Origin: Octopus bimaculoides
Lineage: Eukaryota
Reading direction: 5' to 3'
DNA: 52,442 nt
Assembly: GCF_001194135.2 (NCBI RefSeq)
Contig: NC_068989.1
Span: 36,114,156 to 36,166,597 of the forward strand
Shown here: one piece after another, positions 50,815-52,442 of the stretch
Layout: each line of letters begins with the position of its first letter
Numbering within the stretch: position 1 is the stretch's first letter
Program-made: the position numbers and the translations under genes
The notes under the pieces: model-generated
Database searches by the model: none
The model's input: only the letters and a program-made list of their open reading frames with translations
What the model was told of the DNA's origin: nothing

Positions 50815-51365
50815 CTATAAAGACATAACACAACAAACAATAAATTAATGTACCGCTAAAGTAAAGATGCTTTAAAGAAACAGAAAATGTTTCTACATTT
50901 CTAGAGACATTCATAAAACGAAATTCCTTCCATTGTAAGGAATTGAAGGAGACTATTCGATGGAATCAATCCCAGCACATCACTTGTATTTATTTTATTG
51001 ACATCTGAATATTGAAAATCGATTGTTTGCGATAGAACTGAGAATGAAGATAGGAGGAACATCATGGCATTCAGTATAATGTTCTACTGCTTCTGCTACT
51101 CATCTTTGTGTGGATTAGTAATTCTGTTAGGTGTTTTGGAGCACCAATGAAAAGGTCACCTATATATTCTAATTCCAGTGGGTGGAAATACGCTGTTGAG
51201 GCAAAAGATTGTCTGGCGTAAGTAAACTCTATTATTGACAAGGTGAAATTATATAGTAGGCCAACCAGTTTGTCTGGTGGAAGCCCCTACCATCGAAAAA
51301 ATGAGAATAGAGTAAGGTTTGCTTGGCATTAATATTATACCTTCTAAGGCGACCTTACACTAGAC

Positions 51366-51663
51366 CAGCGATTCTCAACCATGTCTTGCCTATGGACCCA
51401 TTTGATTCCTACTTTACTCTACTGGACCCCCATAGCCAGTTGATGTGTATAAAACAAAAACTTGCTGTACTTTTATAATTAAGTAATATTAGGAATTGTA
51501 TTTAAAAAATTAATATTTTGTGTATTGGAGAAGTATATGCAATTTATTTCACATAAATTTTAACAATAACATCATATATGGACCCCAAAAGCCAAATAGA
51601 TCCCGGCTAAGAACCAATGTTTATATGGCCCTTAGGGGCCCATACAAGGTTTCAGAACTCCTG
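51366..51663. mobile_element. hAT (Charlie-like) MITE
   Basis: Imperfect TIRs CAGCGATTCTCAACC / GGTTTCAGAACTCCTG; exact 8-bp TSD CACTAGAC at 51358-51365 and 51664-51671. Confidence 0.85.
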
Positions 51664-52184
51664 CACTAGACTGTTACTTGATTCATTGGTCAATCTATGC
51701 CCACAGTATGACTTGAACTTAGAACTACAAGTTAATATGATTCCAAATTTAAAATGCTATACTTTACCATCATATCACTACAACGTGGAAGTGGTATTTA
51801 CTGTGATATTAACAAAATATGAACAGCAAATATCTTGGCTGCTTTGCCCCTTCACAATCACCTCGCCCACCAAAACTCATACAGAAAGCAAACAAAATTA
51901 AAATTCAGATACCAAGAAGAGAATATCTGCGCAGGTACCCCATCAATCGTCCACACACACAATGTTTATACCTATGTATGTGTGTGTATATACACATACA
52001 TATTTATATGAATATGTGTGAATGAATATATATATATATTCGTACACACGCGCGTGTAGACACACACACACATTCACGCAGATACATGTAAGAAATAAAT
52101 GAAGTTGAAAAATTATATGGTGCACCAGCATGACCGCAGCCACTTGGCTGAAACACATAAATAAAAAAATTAAAAAAAATATTA

Positions 52185-52275
52185 CTAGCAGAAATACCCG
52201 GCGTTGCCCGGGTTAAAGAGAATAATGAAATCTAAAAACGCCGTCTAGACTACGCATCATCTTTATATATAGAGA
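52185..52275 (-). mobile_element. 91-bp non-autonomous Helitron
   Basis: Minus strand A|TCTCTATATATAAAG...CCCGGGCAACGCCGGG (GC hairpin)-TATTTCTG-CTAG|T shows 5' TC, 3' CTAG, a subterminal hairpin, an AT target site and no TSD. Confidence 0.88.
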
Positions 52276-52442
52276 TGTATATACACACACGCACCCAAAC
52301 ACACGTATATATATGTATATCAATATAAATATATGAAAGTCAATGAAGTTTCGTAAAAGAAGGTGATCATGTACATACTTTCTTGCTGTTGTGATTATAA
52401 CACCTCATTGTAAACTATGTTCCTTGTTTTCCCTTGTGGAGC

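Noticed and set aside
51760-51840. Possible Wnt4 exon 1 ending TG|GTAAAG at about 51768
   Set aside because: An in-frame TGA immediately precedes the required phase-2 end, and there is no signal-peptide ORF.

Overview
AT-rich, microsatellite-laden eukaryotic scaffold with many N-gaps. The SINE families and (TA/CA/TACA/AAT)n load suggest an octopod cephalopod, inferred from sequence style only. The only host-gene coding sequence I can support is two internal minus-strand exons of a Wnt4 orthologue (50814-50579 and 47363-47086), with canonical AG/GT splice sites and a phase-compatible junction. Exon 1 lies beyond the right edge. The C-terminal exon(s) are not visible, so everything from 47085 to base 1 appears to be one intron of at least 47 kb. 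The introns hold decayed mobile DNA: four tRNA-derived SINE families, Penelope-like, Tx1-like and CR1-group retroelements, and Tc1, mariner, Tigger/pogo, MULE, Merlin, hAT and Helitron DNA elements. Most interesting observations: (i) an ORF1/zinc-knuckle-only element, a SINE family and a Tx1-like LINE 3' end that seem to share one 3' tail; (ii) three long foldback elements, one about 95% perfect over about 217 bp per arm and one enclosing a degenerate minimal hammerhead-ribozyme motif; (iii) a strongly strand-biased stack of SINEs; (iv) a TTAGGG-containing element next to the ORF1-only element. All alignments and counts were made by eye and need computational confirmation.
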